A stretch of 64,000 bases of DNA, taken from positions 247,363-311,362 of the forward strand of contig CAVYWA010000014.1 of the NCBI GenBank assembly GCA_963772165.1, given 5' to 3'. Position 1 is the stretch's first letter; each line of letters starts with the position of its first letter. Origin of the DNA: an uncultured Bacteroidota bacterium. Lineage in GTDB: Bacteria > Bacteroidota > Ignavibacteria > UBA10030 > UBA8401. The position numbers and the translations under genes were made by a program. The notes beneath the pieces were generated by a model. That model searched no databases, was not told where the DNA came from, and was given only the letters and a program-made list of their open reading frames with translations. Shown piece by piece: positions 19,374 through 29,896 of the stretch.

Positions 19374-20375
19374 ATGGCAAGTCTCATCAAAACAAAATCC
19401 GGCATCTACTACATCGTCTTCTCCCACAAGTCAAAACACATCTGGCGATCCTTACGCACGAAGGACAAGAGAGAAGCCTACCGAAAATTTCTTGAAGAAC
19501 AAAACTCTCAACCAGGAAAGAAAGTACTGACCCTTTTTCAAGCAGAAGAAGAATACCTTGCCTTCGTCAAAACCAATCTTTCACCAAAGACATACTTATC
19601 CTATACAATTACTTTTAAAAACTTGAAGAAACATTTTGGCAATCGACCGATAGAAGAAATTACAGCAAGAGACATGGAATTTTACAAATCAAATCGCGCA
19701 GCGACAGTCTCAGCAAACACAGTCAATCACGATCTTCGTATGGTGAGAGCATTTTTCAACAAGCTTGTGGACTGGAAGATCTTGCATGAAAGCCCTTGTG
19801 CAAAAGTGAAGGATATCAGGGTTGTCGACGAAACGAGGGCTTTTTTAAGCACAGAGGAACTTGATAAGCTTTTGAAATACCTCAAAGGGTCTTTTTTGCA
19901 TGATATAGTTCTTTTCGCTGCAATGACAGGTATGAGGAGAGGGGAGATCATCAACCTCTCATGGAACGATGTCGATATAGAACGAAAAGTTATTATAGTT
20001 CGAAGCTCGGGCTCGTATCAAACAAAGGCAGGGAAGATCAGAACAATCCCCATGAACTCGACAGTATTGCAATTATTAGCAGGAAGGCCGCACACCTCAC
20101 AATATGTCTTTACCGGAAAAAAAGGGGATAGGTTGAATGGGAATTTTCTGCGAGGGAGGCTTAAAGCTGCAACAAGGGCGCTGGGCTTAGATTCAAGGCT
20201 CCATTTTCACTCTTTGAGGCATACATTTGCAAGCCTCTTGGTCCAAAGAGGAATATCGCTCTATCACGTTCAGAAGCTCTTAGGACACTCCTCGCCAAGA
20301 GTGACCGAAATCTACGCTCATCTTGGGACCTCAGAACTGAGTGGATCAGTCGAAAAACTAGGCAATAGCGGGTAA
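19374..20375 (+). CDS. Tyrosine-type site-specific integrase
   Basis: The 333 aa ORF has a C-terminal catalytic region reading ..MTGMRRGE..HSLRHTFASLLVQRG..LLGHSSPRVTEIYAHL (R..HxxR..Y). Confidence 0.85.
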   Translation: MASLIKTKSGIYYIVFSHKSKHIWRSLRTKDKREAYRKFLEEQNSQPGKKVLTLFQAEEEYLAFVKTNLSPKTYLSYTITFKNLKKHFGNRPIEEITARDMEFYKSNRAATVSANTVNHDLRMVRAFFNKLVDWKILHESPCAKVKDIRVVDETRAFLSTEELDKLLKYLKGSFLHDIVLFAAMTGMRRGEIINLSWNDVDIERKVIIVRSSGSYQTKAGKIRTIPMNSTVLQLLAGRPHTSQYVFTGKKGDRLNGNFLRGRLKAATRALGLDSRLHFHSLRHTFASLLVQRGISLYHVQKLLGHSSPRVTEIYAHLGTSELSGSVEKLGNSG

Positions 20376-20497
20376 TTAGCAACTTTAAAGGCCTAAATCA
20401 TCAAGGTGAAACGATATGTAACATGAAATAACATATTGTTTGACGTTCATACATATTTTGCTATATTTGTTACATATCATTTTTTCAATCTTATCGC

Positions 20498-21581
20498 ATG
20501 CATATGAAATTCGATCCAGATCAGCCGTTTGATTTGCCCATTCTTCCACCGGCCATGAACTTCCGGCACGAGGAATTCTTTGATATTCTAATGAAGACGA
20601 GAACCGAACTGGGGGAGCTAAACGGATATTCGTATACACTGCCCAATCCAATATTGCTACTTTCTCCCACCGGTACTGAAGGAGTCAGTTGCAAGCTCGA
20701 ATATCGAGAATATCAACACCACGATGGAAGAGGCTTTACAGGCTCAACTTTTCCCAGATGCAGAGCAGAAGAAGCCTGATAAAGAAGTGCTCCGGTACAG
20801 AGACGCCATCCAATGGGGGTTTGAAAACCTCAAAAAAATCCCAATTTCAACTCGGTTGATTCTTGGGATTGAAAGAAAACTCATGCCGGATAGAACAGAA
20901 GGATACAGGAGAACTCAGAATAAAATTACAAACCTCTCAACAGGGAAAGTCCTTTACACACCGCCAAGTGCGAACGAACTTCCGAGATTGTTAGGCAACT
21001 GGGAGAACTTTGTCAACGCTGAAGACGACGGTATTGACCCGCTTGTTAAATGCGCGATCGCTCATTACCAATTTGAGGCAATTCACCCATTTGGCGATGG
21101 CAACGGCCGCACCGGGAGAATCCTTATGGTGTTGTTCCTCATACAGCGGAAGCTTCTCTCGTTGCCGATTCTCTACGTCAGCGAATACATCAACAAAAAT
21201 CGGAATGAGTACTACCGGCTTTTGCACGAAGTGAGCACGGAAGGAAAATGGCATGAATGGATTCTCTTCATGCTAAAAGGATACCACCTGCAAGCAAAAG
21301 AGACAAAGGGAGTTATTCTCCGTATTACAGAGATGCTTGAAGAGATGAAGGAGCTTCTCCGCACGAAGCACAGAAAAATCTATTCATCGGACTTAGCGGA
21401 GGCGTTGTTTGCATATCCGATTGTAACGCCTGTCAACCTTGGTAAGAGGCTGGACGTGAACTACAGAACGGCAAGCCGTTACCTTGTGGAGCTGGAAAAG
21501 GGGAAGGTCCTTACCGAAAGCTTCGTAGGGAAGTATCATCTCTATTCAAACAAGCGATTGTTGAAAATGCTCAGATCATAA
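20498..21581 (+). pseudogene. Fic/DOC family protein, frameshifted near 20668
   Basis: The N-terminal Fic segment (..FDLPILPP..ELNGYSYTLPNPILLLSP) is in one frame. The continuation (PVLKESVASSNIENINTTMEEAL...HPFGDGNGRTGR) is in another frame. The shift lies at tctcccaccggta. Confidence 0.7.
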
Positions 21582-22156
21582 AGTGTGATCTTGGTTGAAC
21601 GCATGACGTTGCGATATATTGGAATTACACAGACTTCTCTAATTGTTGTATAACTATGGCACATTAAATTATATCTGCCATATTTATACAAATAAATCTT
21701 CTTACGAAAAGAACCGCAAAATAAGGGTATATCCTTATTTATGTATTGCAATAATAAGGGAATACCCTTGCTTTAGGCGCAACAGAAAGGCATGAAGCTC
21801 AAGTGTCGAAAGATGCACATACCCAATAACGAGAGACATCCGCTTCTTTAAGATCTCAGCAGGGCAAGGCAAACCTGTCCGAAACAACAATGCCCGGTCA
21901 TCCAAACGATAGCCGGGCATTTCCATTTCTAAAACCTCAGCAGAGGTTAATCGATGAGCTAGTCTCTCTTTCGTCGTCAATTGACAATAGATGAGTAGAA
22001 AAATGCAAGACCGGTGTTCTGGATTCGCTCATCCGCCAAGTTGCAAGAAAACAGACTCTCCGCATATTAAAAATGCAATCAACGAATCAAAAAGCACTCC
22101 GAAGATAATTCAGCCTCGGAAGTGCGGAGAAAAAATAGCAGGAGGGCCATAGCGTT

Positions 22157-22651
22157 ATGAAAACACGAAACGGAATGTACAAGTTTTCGGCTTTATACAG
22201 CTCGGATTCAATCAAAGAAGTAGTTTTGAGGTTCAAGGATGCGGAAGATCTACCACCGGAAGTAATGCAGGCGAGAAAGAGGATAGGAAGCCCTGAAGAT
22301 GTGTTTACGACGTTTAAGCCCCTCTTCGACGGGCTTACAACCGAAAGATTTGTTGTATTCTCTCTTACAGCCGATCTCAAAATAAATGCATACAAAGCGA
22401 TTTCAGAGGGAATCTTAAATACATCACTCGTTCATCCCCGTGAAGTTTTTATCTTCGCTATAGCTTGCGCAAGTGCCTGTATAATACTAGCGCATAATCA
22501 CCCTTCAGGAAACACCGAACCATCGCAGGAAGACATAGCTATAACAAAGCAACTTGTAGAAGTCAGTAAAGTCATGGGTATCAAAATTCAAGACCACATA
22601 ATCTTTGCAGGTGACACATTTACGTCGATGTCCGAAAGGGGAATTCTTTAG
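22157..22651 (+). CDS. RadC-like JAB/MPN domain protein
   Basis: The 164 aa ORF carries the ..ILAHNHPSGNTEPSQEDIAITKQL.. JAMM motif. Confidence 0.85.
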   Translation: MKTRNGMYKFSALYSSDSIKEVVLRFKDAEDLPPEVMQARKRIGSPEDVFTTFKPLFDGLTTERFVVFSLTADLKINAYKAISEGILNTSLVHPREVFIFAIACASACIILAHNHPSGNTEPSQEDIAITKQLVEVSKVMGIKIQDHIIFAGDTFTSMSERGIL

Positions 22652-22855
22652 AAGCTACGAGAACCGAGGAGTGTATTGTGTACAGCCTGATGCATGGATA
22701 GAGGAAATTATCGTTTCAAGCAAAGACGCACAAATTTTCACCCACTAAACGTTCTTAGCCGACCCACTACACACTGGAAATACGCCAATTTTGACCCACG
22801 TCAACGCTGGAATATGTGACCCTGTAGTCAGTATTGTCAAGAAAAGCTGAGTAAT

Positions 22856-23427
22856 TTAATGACCCACACTGGACAAAACATTATACGCATATATAGAGCA
22901 GAAGGGTGGAAAAGACATAAAAGAACCCACACGTTCTTCTTTCTTTTGTGGGTCTTGTCTGTTTGCAAACCCACGAAATTGTTTTAGGGTATCACTACCG
23001 TTATAAGCATTCAAAGTCTGAATAGCTGAGTACCGGCATTTCAATGTCAAAATGACTTGCCGATTGATCTTTTCGTGTCTCTTCATCGCGTCATATTGAA
23101 TCTTATGTAAAGTTGAAAAAAAGCGTGATCGACAGTTTGTCATTGTACCTCCCCCCCCACCGAGAGGTATGTCTCTCCAATTGTTAACCAATACTGCCTA
23201 ACAGGATCCTCCGGAAGTAGCCAATCAAAAGCATCATCAAAGAGAGTAGAGACGAAAGCCCGTTGAAAAGGGGACCCAATCCGAGGAGGTAACAGAATCT
23301 CCGTCGAGGGACATACTTCTCTAAATACTGCGAAATTTTTTTTCGACCAAAGAACATATGTGGTGAATGAAAAAGAGGGCACTAAATCGACTAGTACGGA
23401 GGTGACGAATTTGGCATTAAAATCCAT
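22856..23427 (-). CDS. Hypothetical protein split into two frames at a poly-G (C8 on +) tract
   Basis: The minus-strand ORFs 23140-23427 and 22856-23191 overlap exactly at the C8 run at ~23150-23157. A single merged ~190 aa ORF would result from a +/-1 change in the tract. Confidence 0.3.
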
Positions 23428-23832
23428 TTTGAACTTAATAGACAGTCAAGAAACGGATACAAATTTAGTTTGTTATTAGGTGAACCCGCGATTTTTGAGG
23501 CAATTTATTGCTATGACGACAGCTTTTACAGATGCATTTCTATTTTCGTGCCCGAGGTTGTTCAATATTAGACAAATGAATTAAGGGTTAGATAGTCGAT
23601 TATTTTCTTGACAATTCCATGGTCTTATCCTAAATTTGACCTCACATGTGCTCGGGCTTGGGGGGTAGATTGTTTAAACCTCCTGATTCGTTCGATGATG
23701 GAGGTTTTCGCGTTTTGTTGGCGCAGTATTGAATTAAGCCAATGCGTATGAAAATTTTGTTAGACACGGAAGCAGTAATAGCATTTGTGTAAGAAATGTG
23801 ACCTTGCTTTTATTTTATTCAACTAATCAAGA

Positions 23833-25206
23833 GTGCGACCTATGGAACAATATAGCAAAGATCGGTCAAATATTGTTGCAAGACTTGAACGCCTTCCACT
23901 TTCTTGGGTACATAGGAGGTTGCTTTTGGTTCATGGATTCGGTTGGCTGTTTGATGCAATGGATGTCGGCATTATAACATTTATAATAGTCGTTTTAGCA
24001 AGAGATTGGAACTTGCCAACCAATCAACTTGGCCTAATCGCGAGTGCAAGTATGGCCGGCATGTTTATTGGCGGAATAGCTTCTGGAATTGTGGCTGACT
24101 ATTGGGGACGGAAAAAAGTATTCCAAATTACTTTGCTGATATTTGCGATTGCAACCTTGTTGTGTGCCACTGCCCAAAATGTCAGTTCAATGATTATTTT
24201 TAGATTTTTCGTGGGCATTGGGCTGGGCGGTGAGTTACCAGTTGTCTCATCTCTTCTCAGTGAATTCATGCCGAGTAAGTATCGTGGTCGATATATCGTT
24301 CTTTTGGAAAGTTTTTGGGCATATGGTTGGCTCATTGCTGCGATCGTTGCATTTCTTGTTATTCCAGCATATGGTTGGCGGAGTGCTTTTATCATCGGTG
24401 CGATCCCTGCTTTCTATGTCTGGATTGTTCGACGAAAATTACCCGAATCTCCGCGTTGGCTGTATAGTAAAGAACGCTATTCGGAGGCGGAAAATGTAAT
24501 TGTCGCAATGGAAAAAGAAACGGAAAAACGCAAAAAAATATCTTTACCAATTATTGAAAGAGGTGTTGAACCAGTCCACAAATACTCATCGAAGTTTCCT
24601 TTTACTGAGCTTTGGAATAAGACTCACCGAAAGAGCACAATAATGCTCTGGATATTATGGTTCGGAATATCCTTCGGCTACTATGGAATTTTTGTTTGGC
24701 TTCCAACATTGCTTGTTAAGGAAGGTTATTCGATGGTCAACTCCTTTTACTATATTATTTGGATTACTCTTGCTCAAATCCCCGGATATTTTAGTGCATC
24801 GTACCTCGTAGAACGTGCAGGACGAAAGCCGGTCATCACAGTCTATTTGTTACTGTCTGCGATCTCCGCCTACTTCTTCGGCGAGGCATCAACCAAGGAA
24901 GGGATACTGATCTGCGCAACACTAATGTCCTTCTTTAACTTGGGTGCTTGGGGAGCTGTTTATGCCTACACACCGGAGCAATATCCTACACGAGCTCGAG
25001 CAACAGGTGCTGGTGCCGCCGCTTCTTTTGGTCGAATCGGAGGATTTTTCGCGCCGATTGTAGTGGGCGTTCTCCTTCCATTAGTTGGCCGTGATGGCGT
25101 ATTCACTTTGAACGCGGCGTTGCTATGTATAGGTGCAGTGGCGGTTACTACTCTGGGGGTAGAAACTAAAGATAAATCTCTTGAAGAAGCATCGCAGGAG
25201 AGTTAA
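23833..25206 (+). CDS. MFS transporter (sugar-porter/NiaP-like niacin transporter family)
   Basis: The 457 aa ORF has 12 predicted TM segments and the motifs GRKKV and PESPRWL. Confidence 0.8.
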   Translation: MRPMEQYSKDRSNIVARLERLPLSWVHRRLLLVHGFGWLFDAMDVGIITFIIVVLARDWNLPTNQLGLIASASMAGMFIGGIASGIVADYWGRKKVFQITLLIFAIATLLCATAQNVSSMIIFRFFVGIGLGGELPVVSSLLSEFMPSKYRGRYIVLLESFWAYGWLIAAIVAFLVIPAYGWRSAFIIGAIPAFYVWIVRRKLPESPRWLYSKERYSEAENVIVAMEKETEKRKKISLPIIERGVEPVHKYSSKFPFTELWNKTHRKSTIMLWILWFGISFGYYGIFVWLPTLLVKEGYSMVNSFYYIIWITLAQIPGYFSASYLVERAGRKPVITVYLLLSAISAYFFGEASTKEGILICATLMSFFNLGAWGAVYAYTPEQYPTRARATGAGAAASFGRIGGFFAPIVVGVLLPLVGRDGVFTLNAALLCIGAVAVTTLGVETKDKSLEEASQES

Positions 25207-25210
25207 AAAC

Positions 25211-26485
25211 ATGAAAGAAAAACAGCGGTCTTACGGTACAGTGAAAAAGAGTTACCCAGTAACTACTATCCCTAAATTTCATTGGTTGGGGGTGGAGTTC
25301 ACTGCCCATTCCAAGCCGATGATAGTTTTATTTTGGTTTATTACAATTTCCCTCACTCTTTTCTTTGTTGGGAGCTTTGCAACAAAGGTATACTCATCTA
25401 TTCGAACACCGCCATTACCGCCTCCTTCCATATGTGTTCTCTTACCTGATCCTGCCAGCTTTTCTGACGGTGCATTTTATCAGGATGGCGTCGTCCAAAA
25501 AAGAGGGTTCACCAAAGCCGAAGATGATGCGGATAAGCTGTCCAACCGTCTCCGTGTTCAATATATATATATGAGACGAGAAGTCTCAGCTGACACACTT
25601 CTCAATCAAATGAAAATGGAGTATGCCCAATCCGGCGCAACTTATTTTGTAATGACCATGAGTAGTAAGATCGAAGCAATTCGTTCTCATTTCATAAACT
25701 GGCATAACGATTGTGTCCAAATGGGTGTGCGAGAGCCAATATTGATTGCGACAGTAGCAAGTGCTCCTGATTTGGCTGACGGATCTGGAGGAATACTGCG
25801 TTGGTATGTTAGATCGCAGGAGGAAAGTGCTGCACTCGCTGAATACCTGAGTTGGAAGGAAGGTATAATGAACGCGGGTGTATTTTTCATTACTCGCCAC
25901 GTTGGGCAAACGGATGACGAATATGGCAAAGGAGGAATGGAGACATTTCGAGAGCGATTCATCAATGGTCTTGGCGGTAAAATGGTCGATCCTTATTGTA
26001 CTACTGCTGGAACAGCTAAATCCAATGTTTCAGAGTTTCTCGCAAAAGTCAAGAGAGCTCGACTGAATTCAAACAATACCGGAGTGTTCATTGTTGGTTA
26101 TGGAGATATGGTCAGAGAAGTTTTAAATGAACTTTTAAAGCAAGGATTTACAGGCCCGATAGCTTGTGCTTCAACGCTGACTGAACCGGATTGGCAGCCT
26201 AAAGAACGATCTGCGGACAATAGGATAGTGACGGTTTTGCCAAGATTGGCAAACCCACAAACAAGACTTGAAGTAGACGACCGAAATGTTGTATTCTTTT
26301 TCGCGAAGGAAGCATTATTTCGCGTGTTGGAGCTAACAGCGACCGATGCTAATTCCAAAACCTTCGTGGAACGCTGGAAAACTGAATCAAAGAAATATCT
26401 TAATCAAGAATTTTTGGCGAATGGCGATTGTGCTGTGCAATTAGACGTAGTCGGTTCGGAGGAATGGAGATGGATCGAGCACTAA
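25211..26485 (+). CDS. Membrane-anchored hypothetical protein with a periplasmic-binding-protein-like domain
   Basis: The ATG at 25211 follows the upstream stop. A single N-terminal TM helix is followed by an alpha/beta region loosely resembling type-1 PBP folds. The 3' end overlaps the pncA-like gene. Confidence 0.35.
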   Translation: MKEKQRSYGTVKKSYPVTTIPKFHWLGVEFTAHSKPMIVLFWFITISLTLFFVGSFATKVYSSIRTPPLPPPSICVLLPDPASFSDGAFYQDGVVQKRGFTKAEDDADKLSNRLRVQYIYMRREVSADTLLNQMKMEYAQSGATYFVMTMSSKIEAIRSHFINWHNDCVQMGVREPILIATVASAPDLADGSGGILRWYVRSQEESAALAEYLSWKEGIMNAGVFFITRHVGQTDDEYGKGGMETFRERFINGLGGKMVDPYCTTAGTAKSNVSEFLAKVKRARLNSNNTGVFIVGYGDMVREVLNELLKQGFTGPIACASTLTEPDWQPKERSADNRIVTVLPRLANPQTRLEVDDRNVVFFFAKEALFRVLELTATDANSKTFVERWKTESKKYLNQEFLANGDCAVQLDVVGSEEWRWIEH

Positions 26486-27048
26486 TTATCATAGACGTTC
26501 AGAGAGACTTCTGTAATGGTGGAGTTCTGGCCGCGAGAGATTCTCTTAGTTTAATTAAGCCGCTTAATGAATGCATCGCATGGTGTATTGCGCATGACGT
26601 TCTGTGCGTTTTTACACGAGACTGGCATCCCCCGGATCATTGCTCCTTTATTCCTCAGGGCGGTCCTTGGCCACCCCACTGCATCCAAGGAACACCAGGC
26701 GCAGAGTTTGCAGAAGGTCTAATAGTCCCAGACTCTGCTTTGGTCATTGACATAGAAAAGGATTCGAGCAAATCGAATATGAGTTATTCGGCTTTTGAAA
26801 ACACCAATTTATCTGATGATTTGCATCAATTGCAAGTTAGTCAAATTGCTGCTGTGGGGATTGCAACAGATTATTGTGTTCGAGCCACTGTTTTGGATGC
26901 TCTAAACATTAATCTGAGAGTCCAAGTGTTAATCGATCTTATTAGGCCAATTGACGCAAAACCTGGCGACTCCAGTAAAGCAATTGCAGAAATGCGAAGT
27001 GAGGGTGCAATTCTTTCTACAAGTAGCGATTGGATGAAATCTTCTTAG
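26464..27048 (+). CDS. pncA: Nicotinamidase/pyrazinamidase (isochorismatase-family cysteine hydrolase)
   Basis: The N-terminus reads ALIIIDVQRDFCNGG. The sequence carries ..TRDWHPPDHCSF.. and ..IATDYCVRATVLDA.., giving the catalytic D-K-C arrangement typical of PncA. Confidence 0.7.
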   Translation: MEMDRALIIIDVQRDFCNGGVLAARDSLSLIKPLNECIAWCIAHDVLCVFTRDWHPPDHCSFIPQGGPWPPHCIQGTPGAEFAEGLIVPDSALVIDIEKDSSKSNMSYSAFENTNLSDDLHQLQVSQIAAVGIATDYCVRATVLDALNINLRVQVLIDLIRPIDAKPGDSSKAIAEMRSEGAILSTSSDWMKSS

Positions 27049-27488
27049 CGGAAGGCTCGCCTAAGCCGTTCTTGATAGCAAAATTCGCTACTGCATTTGT
27101 GTGCGAGCTAGCATGATGTGAGAAGAAATATGGAGCATGCTCAAGAGTCGCTTATTAACAGATCTTTGAACTTTATCTAACATGAGATGAGAACCTAGAA
27201 GTTGACTTTGCAAGCCAGAATCTTTGAAGTGTAACATCCGTCCAAACAGGCATTCCCCGTGAACACAACCGATACTTTATTATCTCATAAATTGACGCTG
27301 GATATCGCGAGAAACTTATAAAAGGAACTATTTAAGTTATCTAAAGATGCATGTAAAATCATCGTGATTATGCTGATTTAGCGTTTAAGGCCAAGAATTA
27401 AAGGGCAGATTGGCCTAACCTCTCCCTTGCGACAATAATAGCTTTCCAGAATAAATAGAAAATATAGTTTTTTTACTTGTGTTTAATT

Positions 27489-27510
27489 TTGCGAATACAC
27501 AAATTCGCAA
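27489..27510. promoter_or_regulatory. Perfect 8-bp inverted repeat (TTGCGAAT-N6-ATTCGCAA) upstream of the lipoprotein gene
   Basis: It lies 160 bp upstream of ATG 27673 in an AT-rich intergenic region and is an operator-like palindrome. Confidence 0.3.
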
Positions 27511-27672
27511 CATGCCGGTGGGAAAATCATCTGTAGCCCCCACCCTCATTGCCAATTTTAGTGAAAATTTCTTGTCGCCACTATATAGTGATACGATTAA
27601 TTGATTCGTAGAGGTCCGTAGATTTCAAAAATAATCGCATTACAAACAGTTCTGGAAGGAGGAAGGTATCTA

Positions 27673-29343
27673 ATGAATATTTTTTACCGTTTCAAATGCT
27701 TTACAGTTTTGGTAGGCCTTGGGGCATGCATGATTTTTCCTGGATGCAGCTCTTCTAACAATCTGCTCAACTATGACCAAGAGCTTGTTAAATTTCTAGG
27801 TCTCGACCAAGACGGCTACGAAGCGACGGCTCATCCATTCACGCGCGATATCATAGGTCTTATTCCCCCAGACATGCTGGATTCATCTAATGTTAGATTT
27901 CGGTATGTCGATTCAGATGATGGCCCGCAAAACGTTAAATTTAGTGATTCAACATTCAGTAATACAAATTTTGGTTTAAGTTTTTTGTCCATTCTAGGCG
28001 TGCACTTAAATAGCAAAAGTGTAATCAATGTTCAATTCAGCTTTGGAAAAGCATACTTTTTTTCTGGATTTCAGCCATCTAATTTTTCACCGAAATTCTG
28101 CTTAAACAATACTGTTCGAAGTGCTCTGTGGATAGATCGATGGAAGCTTTCGGTCACTGCAAAAAGCGGGCACTCGGATTCCCTTAAATTAAGCCTAGAT
28201 TCTCTGAAAAAGAATTTACCTTCCCTTACAGCTAGCTTTACGAACGGAGACAGCAGTCAATTTACAGTTACATTCCCGCCAGGTTTTTATGCTTTTAAAA
28301 GGCCTGATCCTAGAACCAAGCCTACGTTCACAAGCTTGCCATTCACAACAAAGGATATACCAGATTATGATGAGTTCGATTACCAGTCGGGACCATTGCA
28401 TAATTCGCAGGGTGATACAATTCTAACAGGCAAGAATTTCACAATACGTTGTCAGATCGGGAGTAAATTCGATCCGTCACTTGACTCACTTTCTATATCT
28501 CTTAATTCGATGCCAATAAATAATTCAGATGGGGTAATGCAAGCAAAAACCCTTAACTTAGACACCTGCGGTTGCAGCACTGTGACCTTGTGTGAATTGG
28601 ATATTCAGGGTTTTACCCCGATGCGGCGGTCGATCAATAATGCGCTTAGATCCCATTTGTACCTGAAACTTCTAGATCCTACGTTACCCCGCGCAGAAAT
28701 AACCAGCCCCACTAAACAGACAGAATATATCGCTAAAGATTCTCTGCTTCTTCAATCTCTTGGATTTAAAATTCAGAGTAATAGCTATAACATCGTTTCT
28801 ATTACCATCACAGCAAATGAGATTGGAAAGAATGGTAGTGGAAAGAAATTCGTAATTGCCAGCAAGCTTGTAAACTTACCACCCTCTATCAGTGCTACCC
28901 AAGACTCAATTCAATTTAATAATGTCGATCAGTTTGTGGAGGGACATGAGTATCAAATATCAGGTGAGGTTCAGGACCAGGATCACAATAGTTACCCAAT
29001 TGTTAATTCAAAATTTTTAGTTGTCAAAAAAGAATTTCCGATTATTGTGCCCAGCTTTGATCTGAGCACAATCATCATCAAATCAGATTCAGATGAACTT
29101 GCACTTGATGGGATTGTAATACCAGATCCTGCTCGCATAACCGCTGTTGTACTGAGAGCTGGAGATGCAACCGTCGATTCTTCAAGCTATGATCTCCCGG
29201 ATACGGATAAAATAAATTTGATGACGATGTTTCCCCGGTTAAAGTTGTCACAGGATGTCTTTTTAAAAAATAGAAGTTTACAAATGACATTCTATGCATA
29301 TACACCTTGGCACAGTAAGGTATTAGTCAACCCCACACGATAA
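27673..29343 (+). CDS. Hypothetical lipoprotein (lipobox ..IFPGC)
   Basis: The 556 aa ORF has a signal peptide with Cys after ..MIFPG. It is AT-rich and Ser/Asn/Thr-rich. Confidence 0.5.
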   Translation: MNIFYRFKCFTVLVGLGACMIFPGCSSSNNLLNYDQELVKFLGLDQDGYEATAHPFTRDIIGLIPPDMLDSSNVRFRYVDSDDGPQNVKFSDSTFSNTNFGLSFLSILGVHLNSKSVINVQFSFGKAYFFSGFQPSNFSPKFCLNNTVRSALWIDRWKLSVTAKSGHSDSLKLSLDSLKKNLPSLTASFTNGDSSQFTVTFPPGFYAFKRPDPRTKPTFTSLPFTTKDIPDYDEFDYQSGPLHNSQGDTILTGKNFTIRCQIGSKFDPSLDSLSISLNSMPINNSDGVMQAKTLNLDTCGCSTVTLCELDIQGFTPMRRSINNALRSHLYLKLLDPTLPRAEITSPTKQTEYIAKDSLLLQSLGFKIQSNSYNIVSITITANEIGKNGSGKKFVIASKLVNLPPSISATQDSIQFNNVDQFVEGHEYQISGEVQDQDHNSYPIVNSKFLVVKKEFPIIVPSFDLSTIIIKSDSDELALDGIVIPDPARITAVVLRAGDATVDSSSYDLPDTDKINLMTMFPRLKLSQDVFLKNRSLQMTFYAYTPWHSKVLVNPTR

Positions 29344-29896
29344 CGATACTAGATCAACGACCGGTTCACCTTATAGCGCAAGGCCTTAACACGATGTTCA
29401 TGAAAGACTCTTCAATTTCCATAAAGGTTCAAAGCGATAGCGTAAAAACAATTGACGCAGTCCTTGTCGATTCACACGGGAATACAACTCTTCTTACGCG
29501 GACGCCAGTAGATTCTCAAAAAGTGGTTAAGATTGCCATTCCGGACTCCCTGAGTTTGAATACGGCCACATCGTTATTACACAATTCGATATCTTGGTCG
29601 CTAAGGACAATCTTGGGGATACGTTAAAGACCTATGAACTGAGCCGCAGTGCCGCCACCAGCTCTATTAATTTTCAAGCTAAGAACCCTTAACCTAAGAG
29701 ACGTTACGCCGCTCATTCAGAATATTGATAACTAACTCCATTATAAATTTTTAGCTATGAGCAAGGTCAGTAAGATATAGTCCCACAATCTAATTAAGTA
29801 GAAATTGGCTTAGATTGCTCTCCTCTAGGAGTGTCGTGATGTCTCATAGGTAATTTTAGAACTCTTGACAGTTGTTTAATTAAACAATATTATAGA

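Noticed and set aside
20385-20651. The minus-strand 88-aa ORF upstream of Fic was considered.
   Set aside because: It is antisense to the Fic N-terminal coding segment, which has clear family motifs.
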